Origin: Puccinia triticina
Lineage: Eukaryota
NCBI GenBank assembly: GCA_026914245.1
Contig: CP110440.1
Location: 1,054,001-1,118,000 of the forward strand
Reading direction: 5' to 3'
DNA: 64,000 nucleotides
Shown here: one piece after another, positions 23,005-35,521 of the stretch
How the letters are laid out: every line of letters starts with the position of its first letter
How positions within the stretch are numbered: position 1 is the stretch's first letter
Notes under the pieces: generated by a model
The model's database searches: none
The model's input: the letters and a program-made list of their open reading frames with translations, nothing else
What the model was told of the DNA's origin: nothing
Made by a program: the position numbers and the translations under genes

Positions 23005-24999
23005 TGTAACTCCTAACACCAGGGGAGATATGTTCCCACTCCCCAGGGAGTGCCAGAGCTGAATTTTATGTGAGTTTTGGTCGGATGTGAGCCTGATGTG
23101 GATTAGTAACTCATCCCCAAAATAGTAAATTGGATGGAGAAGTTAGTGAAAAGTCAGTCACAATTGATTTGCAAGTCAACACAATGTTGTGTAGAATTCT
23201 TTTGTTTTCTATGTACAACTGTAGGAAGAAATATGATGAAATGATATTTCACCGAAGTCCAACTCATCAATTGCTCCTGTTTACTGATTTTTAAGGATAG
23301 CAAAGCAAAATTCCCATTCTCAAAAGTAATTCCTCCAAAAAAATGGGTTTCTTGTAATTCACATTATATGCCCTGATGTACAAAATTAAACTAAAAGTTG
23401 ACTTGGTATTATTGGGTTTAGATTTTTGGAATGTGGTAATGTTGCAGTCATTGAAATTGAAACCCATTTTCTTGGAAATGCGGGAATTAATTTGAATTTG
23501 GCTGATAAAAATGACAAAAAACTGTTTTAATAGGGTGAAAGTCTGAGTTAAGTCAAGGTTGGATTGCGGTGCCAATTCACTTTGGCCATATATCCTGTCC
23601 TCCTCACGAAAATGATCTAGTGAATTTTGTATTTTTTTGCTTTTCAAAATTCACATGTGCACATGCAAGTTAACCTTTTTGCACTTTGCTAATAGTCACC
23701 CGGATGTACGCGCGTACATTGAGGTGGAAATATCACAGGATGGGCCTTTCACAGCCACATGAAAAGTAAAAAAATTGTTTTGAGACACCAATTGTCCCCC
23801 TGATGTACGCGAGTACATGAGGGGGAAAAAATCACAGGCTGGGCCTTTCACATCTCCATGGAAAGGACACACTGGTCATGGAGCCAAGAAAGGACTATAT
23901 TCTGGATGAGTTCTGGATGAATTAAAGATGAGTTCTGGATGATTTTTTGGCAAGTTATGGTTTATTTCAGGATGATTTCCAACTGATTTCCACGCTGACT
24001 TCCATTCTTGTTCATACCTATTCAATATTGCTTTACCAAAGGCCTCCAGCACAGTTATGGAAAAAAGTTACGGTAAGGCACTCCCTGGGGAGTGGGAACA
24101 TATCTCCCCTGGTGTAAACCAGTGGAGATAGAGGGGTCATTCCAGTGGATGACTATGGGTTGATTTGTGTGAAAATTCCATTGCTGGGTTTAATTTTACA
24201 ATATCTTTCAAGTATAAATAATAAAAGGAAATTGTTATATTTCTCTGTATAGAAACACAGGAATAAATAACACATTGGCAGAGAGTTTCCTCTCTCCCAG
24301 CTAGGTGAGCCCTTTTCCGTTTCATTCTCTCTTTCTTCCCTTCATTACTAGTTGTAATTACTCAAAGTATTTTCCTCTCTCCCTGCTAGCCCTTGAAATC
24401 CAAAGCCCCACCGTTTGGAACTTGAGCTTGTTGGCTCCGGCCCATCCCAAGTGCTGTTTCCTCCTCTCTGCAGGGAGGGTCCACCGGAAACTTACAGCTT
24501 ATCCCATCAGTATGTGTTTAAATCACTGCTAAGGGGAAAGAGAAATATGAATTACTGAGTTGGAGCGGAAGGAGTTGAGGGAGAAGGGAAAAGGTTCAAA
24601 ATAGCCCCAATTGTTGAGTTTGGGGTTTGGCCAAATGCAACAATGGAATTAGGTGTGGTAACTGATCTGGGGGACCTGTTCTTGGGTAAAAGGTCCCTTT
24701 TACTCATACCCCAGTTTTAGCTGGGCTGACCTGTGGTCTGATGACAATCTGATGGCTCAGGTACAATCCCCTGGGAACCACATAGATAATGCACAAGGCA
24801 AGGGCTAACTCAAGAGTGGGAAGTGGGGAAGTGTTCACACAAGGAATGTTCTCACTCAAGACCAGTAGCATTTGAGGCATTCAGGCAGAAGAGGAATCCC
24901 TGTATTTGGCCCAAGAGGTCCGGCCCAAGGCTTGCTATCCTTTGTAGCGCCCTGCGGATTTTCAGTCTCTGTGCTGTCTGGACTAGCAGATGGCTGACA
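23005..24999. mobile_element. Probable solo LTR (~0.9 kb) interrupted by the 23017-24114 element
   Basis: TGTAAC...CTGACA termini. Flanks TCTG and TCTA are an imperfect 4-bp TSD. Confidence 0.4.
23017..24114. mobile_element. Non-autonomous CACC-terminus element, copy 1 (1.1 kb)
   Basis: 38-bp perfect TIR CACCAGGGGAGATATGTTCCCACTCCCCAGGGAGTGCC. TSD TAA. Second copy at 34420-35521. Confidence 0.93.
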
Positions 25000-25520
25000 T
25001 CTACCATCAAAATCTTGAATCCATTTTACACCAATCTGGCCCTTTGCCACCCAAGTACCAGCTGCCCCATGGCTAGCCCAGCACCCACAAGTAAAACCAG
25101 CCACCTGGAGGGGTTTTGACTACCTGTACAGTGAAGGTTTACAGGCCTGTGGATGGAATAAAGAAAGAAAGTATTTTCAGCCACACAAGCCTGCAAGCTT
25201 TGCAGGCATGGCTGTACTCAATTCTTGCCAAAGTGCCCAGTGAAACCAAATCACAATCTTTTGGAGTGTACAGTTGTCCACACTCCAAGGAGATTGGATT
25301 GGGAAGAACTTCACTCCATTGCCACAGCTCCAAATTTGGTTTGCACAAACAAAAGTGCCAAAGTCAAGTTCTGTATACTCCAATTTAGCCCACTGTTTGG
25401 AGTGTATGTGTGTCCTCTTGAAATAAGATTGGAGCAAAAAAAGGTCCACCCCACAAGCCTCTCTGAGATACAGAGACCTTTTGGCGCCTAAATTAAGTCC
25501 CTCTGTTGAAGAGGGGATAC

Positions 25521-25668
25521 TGGTGGACTTCCCGCCAATCTGGAAACCCAGATTTTCCCAGATTTTGCAGGGAAATCTAAGCAGATCTAGGATTTGGGAC
25601 AATTGAGCCCAGATTTCCCTGCAAAATCTGGAACAATCTGAGTTCCCAAATTGACAGGAAGTCCTCCA
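25521..25668. mobile_element. ~150-bp MITE with TGGAGGACTTCC-type TIRs
   Basis: TGGTGGACTTCC...GGAAGTCCTCCA. Related copies at 26334-26482 and 26574-30210. Confidence 0.75.
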
Positions 25669-25959
25669 CTGTCTCAAACGGATCCTCCAAAGGAGGGACT
25701 TACTCACTATGTAGACCCTGAAAGGTTAGCAAATTAGCCATTTTGGTGAGGATTTTTTTAAAATAAAACTCACACACACAAGTGTGTTGACATTTTTGAT
25801 CTAGTTTTAATGTCTTGGATAGCCCAAGCTGTCCAAATCTTTTGACTATTTTTTAAAATCCTCACTCCCTCTTGTTGACCTGCAATCAGAATTGTTACAT
25901 CATTGGTTTTGGATTCTGTGCAGTAAAAGATGTGTAATAAGTGCCTGTACCATTGGTTA

Positions 25960-26167
25960 CAATCCCCAAAAATAAGGTTGACCGTGGGCAACCAATGTAA
26001 TATTGGTCTCCCAAACCAATATTATATTGGTGGGGCCCACCAACACATTATCCCTTTGTTGTAATGTATTGCTGGGCCCTGCCAACATTGGATTGGTTGC
26101 AGAGACCAATATTATATTGGTAAACCTTACTGTGGGGGTTCCAACCAATACAGCCCCCTTCACAGTG
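25960..26167. repeat. CCAACCAATATTATATTGG-type short tandem/inverted repeats ending in CACAGTG (CACTA MITE remnant)
   Basis: Repeated accaat...attgg units. Only one terminus is recognisable. Confidence 0.45.
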
Positions 26168-26333
26168 ATAGGGCAAGGAAATTCAAATTTTCAAAATTCA
26201 TTTCTCACAAAATTTATGAGAACTCACCATCATCAAATGGTAGTCTGGACTTGGAGCCCAAATGTGAAGAATTTCAACAATTGACCCCTCCCCTATTCTT
26301 CACTTTTTGTGTAAAGCACCAGAAAGTTAGCCA

Positions 26334-26482
26334 TTGGAGGACTTCCTGCCAATCTGGAAACCCAGATTTTCCCAGGTTTTGCAGGGAAATCTATGCAGAT
26401 CTAGGAATTGGGACAATTGAGCCCAGATTTCCCCACAAAATCTGGAAAAATCTGAGTTCCCAGATTGACAGGAAGTCCTCAA
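26334..26482. mobile_element. ~150-bp MITE, same family as 25521-25668
   Basis: TTGGAGGACTTCC...GGAAGTCCTC, colinear with 25521-25668. Confidence 0.75.
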
Positions 26483-26592
26483 AATTGAAGCCCATGGTAG
26501 GATGAAGCAGAACACATGTCAGTCATAAAAAAGAAATTCAATTGTCACTCAAGGCCCTGAAAAACAGCCCTAATGGAGGACATCCTGTCAAT

Positions 26593-29500
26593 GGGGGGGT
26601 TCAAAGTTGACTCCTGCACTGTTTCAGGACCAAAATTCAGGAAAAAAATGGACCTGAATTCCTTCCTGCAAACCCGATTTCCTTCACAAGGAGGGGATGC
26701 AGAAAGGGCCTTCCTGAATCAGGGGACACCCCAAATTCCTGAATCCATGGCCTCCAATAGAGAAAAATCTCTTTTGGACACACCTCATCAGATCCATGGC
26801 CTCAACTGACCGTTCATCGAGTCAATAACAGATGCAGTCCACAGAATACTCCCCAGTACACCCCACCCAATGACCACAGCTCACTTTAACCAATCCCCAC
26901 CACTCAATGACCCGATGACCCGACCGGGTCATCGAGTGGTTACTCTCCACTCGATGGCCGGACCCGGTCAGCGAGTGGACACCCGCTCCACTCAACAATA
27001 GGCTCGGCCATCAAGTGAAGTGGGTATCCACTCGATGACCGAGTCAATCATCAAGTGGGTGTGTATCCACTTGATGACCCAGTCCGGTCATCGAGTGGAT
27101 ACAGACTCCACTTGATGACCGGATGACCGGGCCATCGAGCAGATACACACCCAACTCAATGGCCCGGTCACCCGGTCATCGAGCGGAGTGTGTACCATCA
27201 ACTCGATGGCCCGGTCACCCGGTCATTGAGTTGGGTATGTATCCGCTCAACGACCGGGTGACCGGGCCATCGAGTGGATGGTACACACTCCACTCGATGG
27301 CCCGGTCACCCGGTCATCGAGTGGATGGTACACACTCCACTTGATGGCCCGGTCACCCGGTCGTTGAGCGGATACACACCCAACTCAATGGCCCGGGCAC
27401 CCGGTCATCGAGTGGAGTTGTTGACCGGATGACCGGGCCATTGAGTTGGGTGTGTATCCGCTCAACGACCGGGTGACCGGGCCATCAAGTGGAGTGTGTA
27501 CCATCCACTCGATGACCGGGTGACCGGGCCATTGAGTTGGGTGTGTATCCGCTCAACGACCGGGTGACCGGGCCATCGAGTGGAGTGTGTACCATCCACT
27601 CAATGGCCCGGTCACCCGGTCATTGAGTTGGGTATGTATCCGCTCGACGACCGGGTGACTGGGCCATCGAGTGGATGGTACACACTCCACTCGATGGCCC
27701 GGGGTGCCGGGCCATCGAGTTGCAAGCCCGTCTGGGCACTCACCAAAGTTTGGCCAAAAAAAGGCCAAGCGCGCGTGGCCGACGCTAAAGCCCGCTTGGC
27801 CGATCCTCAAGCCCACCTGGCACACTCCCAACCCCCGCTTGGCATATCGCAAAGTGGGCGGGGTTCGGCACAAAGCCCCGCTGGGCCGATTTCAAGCGAG
27901 GGTGCCACGCACGCCAAACGGAGTGCCGGCCATCAAGGAGAGAAGTTTCCCTCCTCAATGGTCGGTCTACAAACCGGTCATCAAGAAGGGAAGACTCCCT
28001 TCTTGATGATCAATCCAAGTATTGTCCACCGCGAAGGGAGTCTTTCCTCCCCGATGACCAGCCTACAGACCAACCATCGAGAAGGCAAAGCTCCCTTGTC
28101 GATGTCCAATGTGCGATGTCGAGAAGGGAGAACGTTTCCCCTCCTCGAGGGCACATTTTCCTTTCCTGTTGAGGCAGAGACGAGGGCTGGTGTCCCATGA
28201 CCGGCGTGTTGCCATCGGCCCAGAGCTTGATCTCGGCCAAGTGGGACTTGGCTGTGTGCCAAGCTGTGCCCCCCGCGCAAGCTGCCCGATCAAGCCCGCT
28301 GGGCACATACCCAACCTCCGGAGGCACTCGGCCAAGCGGGAGTTGGGTATGTGCCCAGACGCGCTTGCAACACCATACACACTCCACTCAATGGCCCGGT
28401 CACCCGGTCATCAAGTTGGGTATGTATCCGCTCGACGACCGGGTGACCGGGCCATCGAGTGGAGTGTGTACCATCCACTCAATGACCGGGTGACCGGGCC
28501 ATCGAGTGGAGTGTGTACCATCCACTCAATGGCCCGGTCACCCGGTTGTCGAGCGGATACACACCCAACTCAATGGCCCGGTCACCCGGTCATCAAGTTG
28601 GGTATGTATCCGCTCGACGACCGGGTGACCGGGCCATTGAGTGGATGGTACACACTCCACTCGATGGCCCGGTCACCCGGTCGTTGAGCGGATACGCACC
28701 CAACTCAATGGCCCGGGCACCAACCTCCAGAGGCACTCGGCCAAGCGGGAGTTGGGTATGTGCCCAGACGCGCTTGCAACACCATACACACTCCACTCGA
28801 TGGCCCGGTCACCCGGTCATCGAGTTGGGTATGTATCCGCTCGATGACCGGGTGAGGTATGTATCCGCTCAACGACCGGGTGACCGGGCCATCGAGTGGA
28901 TGGTACACACTCCACTTGATGGCCCGGTCACCCGGTCATCGAGTGGATGGTACACACTCCACTCGATGGCCCGGTCACCCGGTCGTTGAGCGGATACACA
29001 CCCAACTCGATGGCCCGGGCACCCGGTCATTGAGTGGAGTTGTTGACCGGATGACCGGGCCATCAAGTTGGGTGTGCATCCGCTCAACGACCGGGTGACC
29101 GGGCCATTGAGTGGAGTGTGTACCATCCACTCGATGACCGGGTGACCGGGCCATCGAGCGGATACATACCCAACTCGATGACCGGGTGACCGGGCCATTG
29201 AGTTGATGGTACACACTCCACTCAATGACCGGGTGACCGGGCCATTGAGTTGGGTGTGTATCTGCTCGATGGCCCGGTCATCCGGTCATCAAGTGGAGTC
29301 TGTATCCACTTGATGACTGGGTGACCGGGCCATCGAGTGAATGGTACACACTCCACTTGATGATCAACCCGGTCATCAAGTGGAGTCTGTATTAACCCAA
29401 AGACTGGGTGACCGGGCCATCAAGCACTCAATGACCGGGTCAGGTCATTGAGTGGTGGATTATTGGTTAGCCACTTGTGAATTGACGACCCGACCGGGTC

Positions 29501-29764
29501 ATCAAGTGGGGTTTATGTACAAATGGACAGTGTTGACCGGCCATCCAATGCAATTGATGGCCGGTCTGGACTCTGGGCCAGCCATTGGTGAGATGGGCAA
29601 GTTTTGGACTTACCTTTTTTCCTGCTTGTGTGGGTCCTGAATTGAATCCCCCAAAATGGGGGATTCAAAGTTGCAGAAAGTTCTGGAGATTTTTGGCTGG
29701 GACTTTTTTTTTCCTGAATTTAGCTGCTCCTGAAACAGTGCAGGAGTCAACTTTGAACCCCCCC
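26593..29764. mobile_element. Non-autonomous PIF/Harbinger-like foldback element (3.2 kb) filled with ~47-bp hairpin repeats, inserted in a TGGAGGAC MITE cluster (26574-30210)
   Basis: TIR GGGGGGGTTCAAAGTTGACTCCTGCACTGTTTCAGGA at both ends. TSD AAT. Internal CTCGATGGCCCGGTCACCCGGTCATCGAG arrays in both orientations. Confidence 0.9.
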
Positions 29765-30212
29765 AATCTGGGAACTCAGATTTTTCCAGATTTTGCAGGG
29801 AAATGGAGGACTTCCCGTCATTTTTGCATAAATCTGGAATTTCAGATTTTGCAGGGGAATCTGGAATTTGGGACTCTGGATGGCTTTGGGGATCTTCAGG
29901 GACCTAGATTTCCCTGCAAAATCTGAAATCTGGCGGCTTAGATCTGACTTTCCAGATCAACAGGAAGTCCTCCAATGGAGGACTTCCCATCAATCTGGGA
30001 ACCCCTTCCAGACCCAGATCTGAGCCAAATTTTGCAGGGAAATTTGGGCTTTGAGACTCTGGGAGGCTCTCAGATTGCTCCCAGATTGCGACGGGAAGTC
30101 CTCCAATCTGGGCTCAATTGGCCCAAATCCTAGATCTGCCTAGATTTCCCTGCAAAATCTGGCAAAATCTGGCAAAATCTGGGTTTCCAGATCAGCGGGA
30201 AGTCCTCCAATA

Positions 30213-30698
30213 CAACACTGGGTCGCTACGCTACGCTACGCTATTTCAGCGCTACGTGTTAGCGTAGCAGCAAAAAGCGCCCATCTATTTTGCATAGCAT
30301 TAGCGAGCTGTTAGCGCCGCTACGCTGCGCTAATTTTCAGCGGCGCTAACAGCGCGCCAATTCTTTGTTAGCGTTAGCGCGCCGCTACAGTCGCTACGCT
30401 ACGCTACGCTACGCTGCGCTGCGCTACAGCGCTTTTAGCGGAAAAAAGCCCTTTTTTCCCGCTAAAGGCGCTGTAGCGCAGCGTAGCGCGCGCTCTTTTG
30501 CGCCCTGCATGTGTAGCGTTAGCGCAATTGCGCGCATCTGCGCTAACGCTACGCTATCAGCTAAAATAGCTGCGCACCGCGTGCGCGTAGCGTTAGCGCA
30601 TATGCGTGCAATTGCGCTAACGCTACGCTAAAAAATAGCGCATTTGCGCTGTGCCACGCTACGCTAACCGCTATGGTTAGCGTAGCGACCCAGTGTTG
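30213..30698. mobile_element. MITE with CAA termini and 7-bp TSD (P-element-like), (GCTAC)n-rich
   Basis: TIRs CAACACTGGGTCGCTACGCTA and TAGCGTAGCGACCCAGTGTTG. TSD TCCAATA. Confidence 0.9.
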
Positions 30699-30760
30699 TC
30701 CAATATATACAAAGATTCTTCATGATCTTGTACATCTTGTGTTCCCACAAAGCTTCTTTT

Positions 30761-30882
30761 CCCAGTGGCAAATAGTGTGTCCAGAAAGGATTGAAAATGA
30801 CATTCTTCTATTTCTCTACCCTAGCGGGGTACACACCACGCACAAGTCCCTTCGAAGGACCCTGCGGGACGACATCCCCCTC
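30761..30882. repeat. Dispersed repeat end (probable transposon terminus), second copy at ~60401-60526
   Basis: CCCAGTGGCAAAT.GTGTGTC.AGAAAGGATTGAA...CCCTGCGGGA..ACA.CCCCCTC shared by both sites. Confidence 0.6.
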
Positions 30883-31168
30883 CACCAAAACCACCTGAAG
30901 CAGCCAAAGGCAAAATCAGCCTCACTTGTGATGGCCGGACCCCGACACTGCCAGGCAATGCCTCGGTGCCAAGAATTGGTACCCAATCGGATCTCGTCGG
31001 GTAGATCCGAAATGGCCGGGTTCGGAGTACATAGTTGTATGCTTGTAGCATTCCCCCCCGTGGGAGCTTTGGTTGAGGAGCGAATACCCGGCGTGTAAGC
31101 ACAGCCCTCTGGGCCCGGGCCGTGGCGTAATCAATCCCAGAACCCAGCACTGAACCACGACGAGCACG

Positions 31169-32301
31169 ATGGCCAACTTGCAACAGAGCGAACAGCATCA
31201 GCACATCCAGCCACTCTCAGCATCAACCCATTCTTCTTCCTCTTCTTCAGTCCTTGCACCTAGCTCAGGTCACTCCCCATTCGCCCGCGCAGCCGATTTC
31301 AACCATGACTCATACTTGCCAAGCTCAATAGCCAACTCCCGATTCGCGCCTTCTAATTCTGCCTACAACTTTGCTTCCTTACTCAATCCTGCATCCTCAC
31401 CGAATCCCGCGACGCCAGCCAGCTCTAATGGTCACCTTCCTTCTCCCTACCCTAATCAAACTCACTCGCCTTCTGCAAACTTGAATCACACGCAAAATAA
31501 TCTCGCTCCAAATGTCCCCGCCCATCATCCCAACCGATCTCCTGCGAACAATGCCGCCAGAACTGGTCAAACTTTAGATGAGATGTATGCTGTCCCCGAA
31601 AACTACTTAGAGATCGAAGTGCGGAATCCCATGACTTATGGTAAGTATCATTCTTTCAACGCCAATCGCGTAAATACACAGACAAACGCATTAATTCACA
31701 ACAGAAAAGAATAAAAGAAACTGATGAGTAGGTGCTTTCTTTCATAATTTAAATCAACTGATTTTGAACGCGGTGAAATCTAAAGATAATATCCGAAAGC
31801 CGTACACGGATTATGAGATCACATGTCGAACAAACATCCCAGCGTTCAAAGTAAAATACTCATCGGTCCGACGAAGATATTCTGACTTTGAAGCGTTCAG
31901 AGATATCTTAGAACGAGAGACCACTCGAGTGAATATTCCTTCCTTGCCGGGCAAAGTCTTTACTAATCGGTAAGTTTCAGCCCCTCCTGATCATCAGAAT
32001 AAGCTACCAATTCAACCATATGTAAATCTTTCCACTTTTCACTCTGGGGGAGAAAAAATGAAGTTTCAGCGACGAAGTGATTGAAACAAGACGAGAAGGA
32101 CTCGAAAGGTTCTTGCAAATCGTAGCTGGCCATCCGCTTCTACAGGTATGCAGACCATCGGTTCCATTTCAATATTCTTAAACGTCGAATGATTAAAAAT
32201 TGAAGCTGACTTAATCTGCTGGTTTTGTGCAACAAAAGACCGGATCGAAGGTCCTTTGTGCATTCTTACAAGACCCCCAATGGAATCCACACAATTGGTG
32301 A
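31169..32301 (+). CDS. SNX3: Sorting nexin-3 (PX domain), ~266 aa; exons 31169-31640, 31786-31969, 32064-32145, 32239-32301
   Basis: Spliced product contains [98 protein letters not shown]. Three GT-AG introns keep the frame. Confidence 0.95.
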
Positions 32302-33600
32302 CATCCCTGTTTTATGAGCCGGTGACTTCAATTACCTTATTTACTCCCTACCTTCCTTTCTATAGTCCTTTTCCCCTGCATTTCTTTGTGATTTCTCACA
32401 ATTCCAAAGCATTTTTTGCCCTCGTGTATTCTATCTTAGAGCCTTGCTTTAGCTCTCCCCCCATTTTTCTTTTTTCCTGATTGAATCATGAAGTTGTTTT
32501 CTTTTTTTTTACTTATCTCTGATCTTGTCATCATCGTGTCTCTCCCCCTTGACGACCGGTGTAGACCGGTAATCGAGGTTATTGTTGTGTTGGGTTCCTA
32601 TGTATTTTTGTTATCGAGGTCGGAGCCCCGGATTAGAATTTTACCGCCCCGCCTTACTATTTATGTAGGCGGGTGGGGGTTGAGTTTTGAGCGCGGGGCT
32701 GTAAAGTGCTGCCACAGCCGCATTCTCAACCCGCGCTGGAGATACTCTTAGATCAAAAAGAGAGCAATGGCTTGACCACGAGTGCAGTCTGACAAGCTTA
32801 ACACAAGTATTCCTCTGAAGGAGAGACTTGCCTCTAAAGTGGCATGTCTCGCCCTGCAGAATTGAGACAAATGGCAGGGAGGATACCACATTCCCCCATT
32901 TTCCCCACCATCTCCCCCTAGACTTCTGATTCTCACTGTGCCTTTGACACCATGAAAATCACCAGGTTCTTAGCTTATTTTCACCCATTTCAAACTCCTA
33001 AATATCCATCCCCCCTGGCAAGAAACATCCTGTAAATGTTGTTACATGATGGATGTCTGTAACCAATCCACCCCCTTTGAGCCTGTGCAAGCTCAGGGAA
33101 TTTCAAATTTTGAGCTCAAAAATGCCCCAAAGACCCCTTCAGAACCAGTCCAGAGTATGTGGATAGGGCTAGTAGTTATGAGGGGCAGTAAGTTGAAAAA
33201 AATCAGGGAATGAAAGCTGAGATAGCAGGCTACAAGTCTGTGTTGGATTTTCATCTTCCTTCTGCCTCACTCTCTCTTCCCAGACTTCCTTGAATCCTTG
33301 TATCCTCACACTCATGCTTGTCACACTCACAGTGGTTGTCTTTTATTGCTTGGTCATGCTGCTTTTCTTGCTGATAATTTAGACTTTGATCCCTGCTCAG
33401 ATTAGACTGATAGCTTTCCTTGATTACTGCTTTCCTTGTGTGTGCGCGTGCTCTGCCTGTGACAGATACTAGTTTCCTGTGATTTTCTTCTCTGAGATTC
33501 TAGATTGTTTAATTCATTTCTAGACTCCTGGGGTTCTCAAACTCCACCTCTCACCGCAGCTGACCATCTCCACCACATCCCTGTCCCCTCCCCATCCCGG

Positions 33601-34300
33601 CTGCTGCATTGTGTGTGCCAGCTGGCATGAGATTTTGTCAATCCATGGATGGTTGCATATATCCAATGCACACTTTCAGATCATCCAGTGGATGCTCAGA
33701 GACCATCGAACAGATTTATTCTGGGGAAACGTCTGGGATCAAGCAGTTAGAATTATATCCCACAGATGCTCCCTGCAGTGCAAGAGTGGTAAATCAGAAA
33801 ATATGTCCCAAAGCACATCCAAATGATGTCTGCCACAACCCGTGGTGTAGCTGGTATACACTCTGTCCATCTGAGCCCCTGCGCACCCTAGAGGTTGTGT
33901 GTTTGACTTGGGCTGCCCAATCTCCACTCTCCTCACCAAACCTCTAACCTCTCCTCCTCCACCCCCACCACACCCTCCATGTGAACCAGAAACCTGCCCC
34001 CTGCTGCATTGGCTGTGCCAACTGGCCTGAAATTTTGGAAATCCAAGGATGGTTGCATATGTCCAATGGACACTTGCATACCATGCAGCAGACTCTTGGG
34101 GATCATCTGGGGGATGTATTCTGGAGAAACATCCAGAATCAAGCAATTATAATTTTATCCCGTGGAGGCTTCCTGCAGTGCAAGAGCAGGAAATCTGTGG
34201 AAATGTCCAAAAGGAATTTCAATTGACATACACCACAACCTGTGCAGTGCGGTGGGCAGACAGGTTGGTCCAACTAAATGAGAACCATTCATATATACCT
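33601..34300. repeat. Diverged ~400-bp tandem duplication
   Basis: CTGCTGCATTG..TGTGCCA.CTGGC.TGA.ATTTTG starts at both 33601 and 34001 with colinear continuation. Confidence 0.7.
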
Positions 34301-34419
34301 GTCTGATGGCCTTGTTAGACAGCACTACAAACATTATGTACTTTACATGCATATATAGCAGTTCAATGTCATGGTATAGCGGTTCAACATACAGCGGTTG
34401 CATTTTTTTTAGTACTACA

Positions 34420-35521
34420 CACCAGGGGAGATATGTTCCCACTCCCCAGGGAGTGCCAGAGCTGAATTTGACGTGATTTTTGGTCGGATGTGAGCCTGAT
34501 GTGCATCAGTAACTCATCCCTAAATGAATGGAAGTGGATGCAGAAGTGAGTCAAAAGTCAGTCAGAATTGATTTGGGAGTCAACACAATGTTGTGTAGAA
34601 TTCTTTCATTTTCTAGGTACAACTAGAGGAAAAAATATGATGAAATGATATTTCACCCAAGTCCAACTCATCAATTGCTCCTGTTTGATGATGTCAAAGG
34701 ATAGGAAAGCAAAATTGCCATTCTTGAATGTAATTCCTGTAAAAAAAATGAGTTTCTTGTAATTCACATTATATGCCCTCATGTACAAAATTAAAGTAAA
34801 AGTCAACTTGGTATTATTGGGTTTAGAATTTTGGAATGTGGTAATGTTGCAGTAAAATTAGTGAAACCCATTTTCTTGGAAATGCTGTAATTAATTTGAA
34901 TTTGGCTAAAAAAATGGTGATAAACTATTGTATTGGGGTGAAAGTCTGAGGTAAGTCAAGGTTGGATTGCAGTGCCACCCCAGTTTGGCGACATATCCTG
35001 GCCTCTTCACAAAAATGATTGTGTGATTTTTTTTTTTTTTCTTTTGCTTTTCAAAATCCACATGTGCACATGCAAGTGAACTTTTTTGCACTTTGCTAAT
35101 AGTCACCCTATTGTACGCGCGTACATTGAGGTGGAAATATCACAGGATGGGCCTTTCACAGCCACATGAAAAGTAAAAAATTTGTTTTGAGACACCAATT
35201 GTCCCCCTGATGTACGCGAGTACATGAGGGGGAAAAAATCACAGGCTGGGCCTTTCACATCTCCATGGAAAGGACACACTGGTCATGGAGCCAAGAAAGG
35301 ACTATATTCTGGATGAGTTCTGGATGAATTAAAGATGAGTTCTGGATGATTTTTTGGCAAGTTATGGTTTATTTCAGGATGATTTCCAACTGATTTCCAC
35401 GCTGACTTCCATTCTTGTTCATACCTATTCAATATTGCTTTACCAAAGGCCTCCAGCACAGTTATGGAAAAAAGTTACGGTAAGGCACTCCCTGGGGAGT
35501 GGGAACATATCTCCCCTGGTG
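34420..35521. mobile_element. Non-autonomous CACC-terminus element, copy 2
   Basis: Same 38-bp TIR as 23017-24114 and colinear throughout. Flanks ACA and AAA. Confidence 0.92.

Noticed and set aside
27123..29225. Many overlapping ORFs (MARSPGH, TRWPGHPV repeats)
   Set aside because: Artefacts of GC-rich palindromic repeats that are open on both strands.
30365..30631. Ala/Arg-rich 88-aa ORF
   Set aside because: Lies wholly within the (GCTAC)n MITE.
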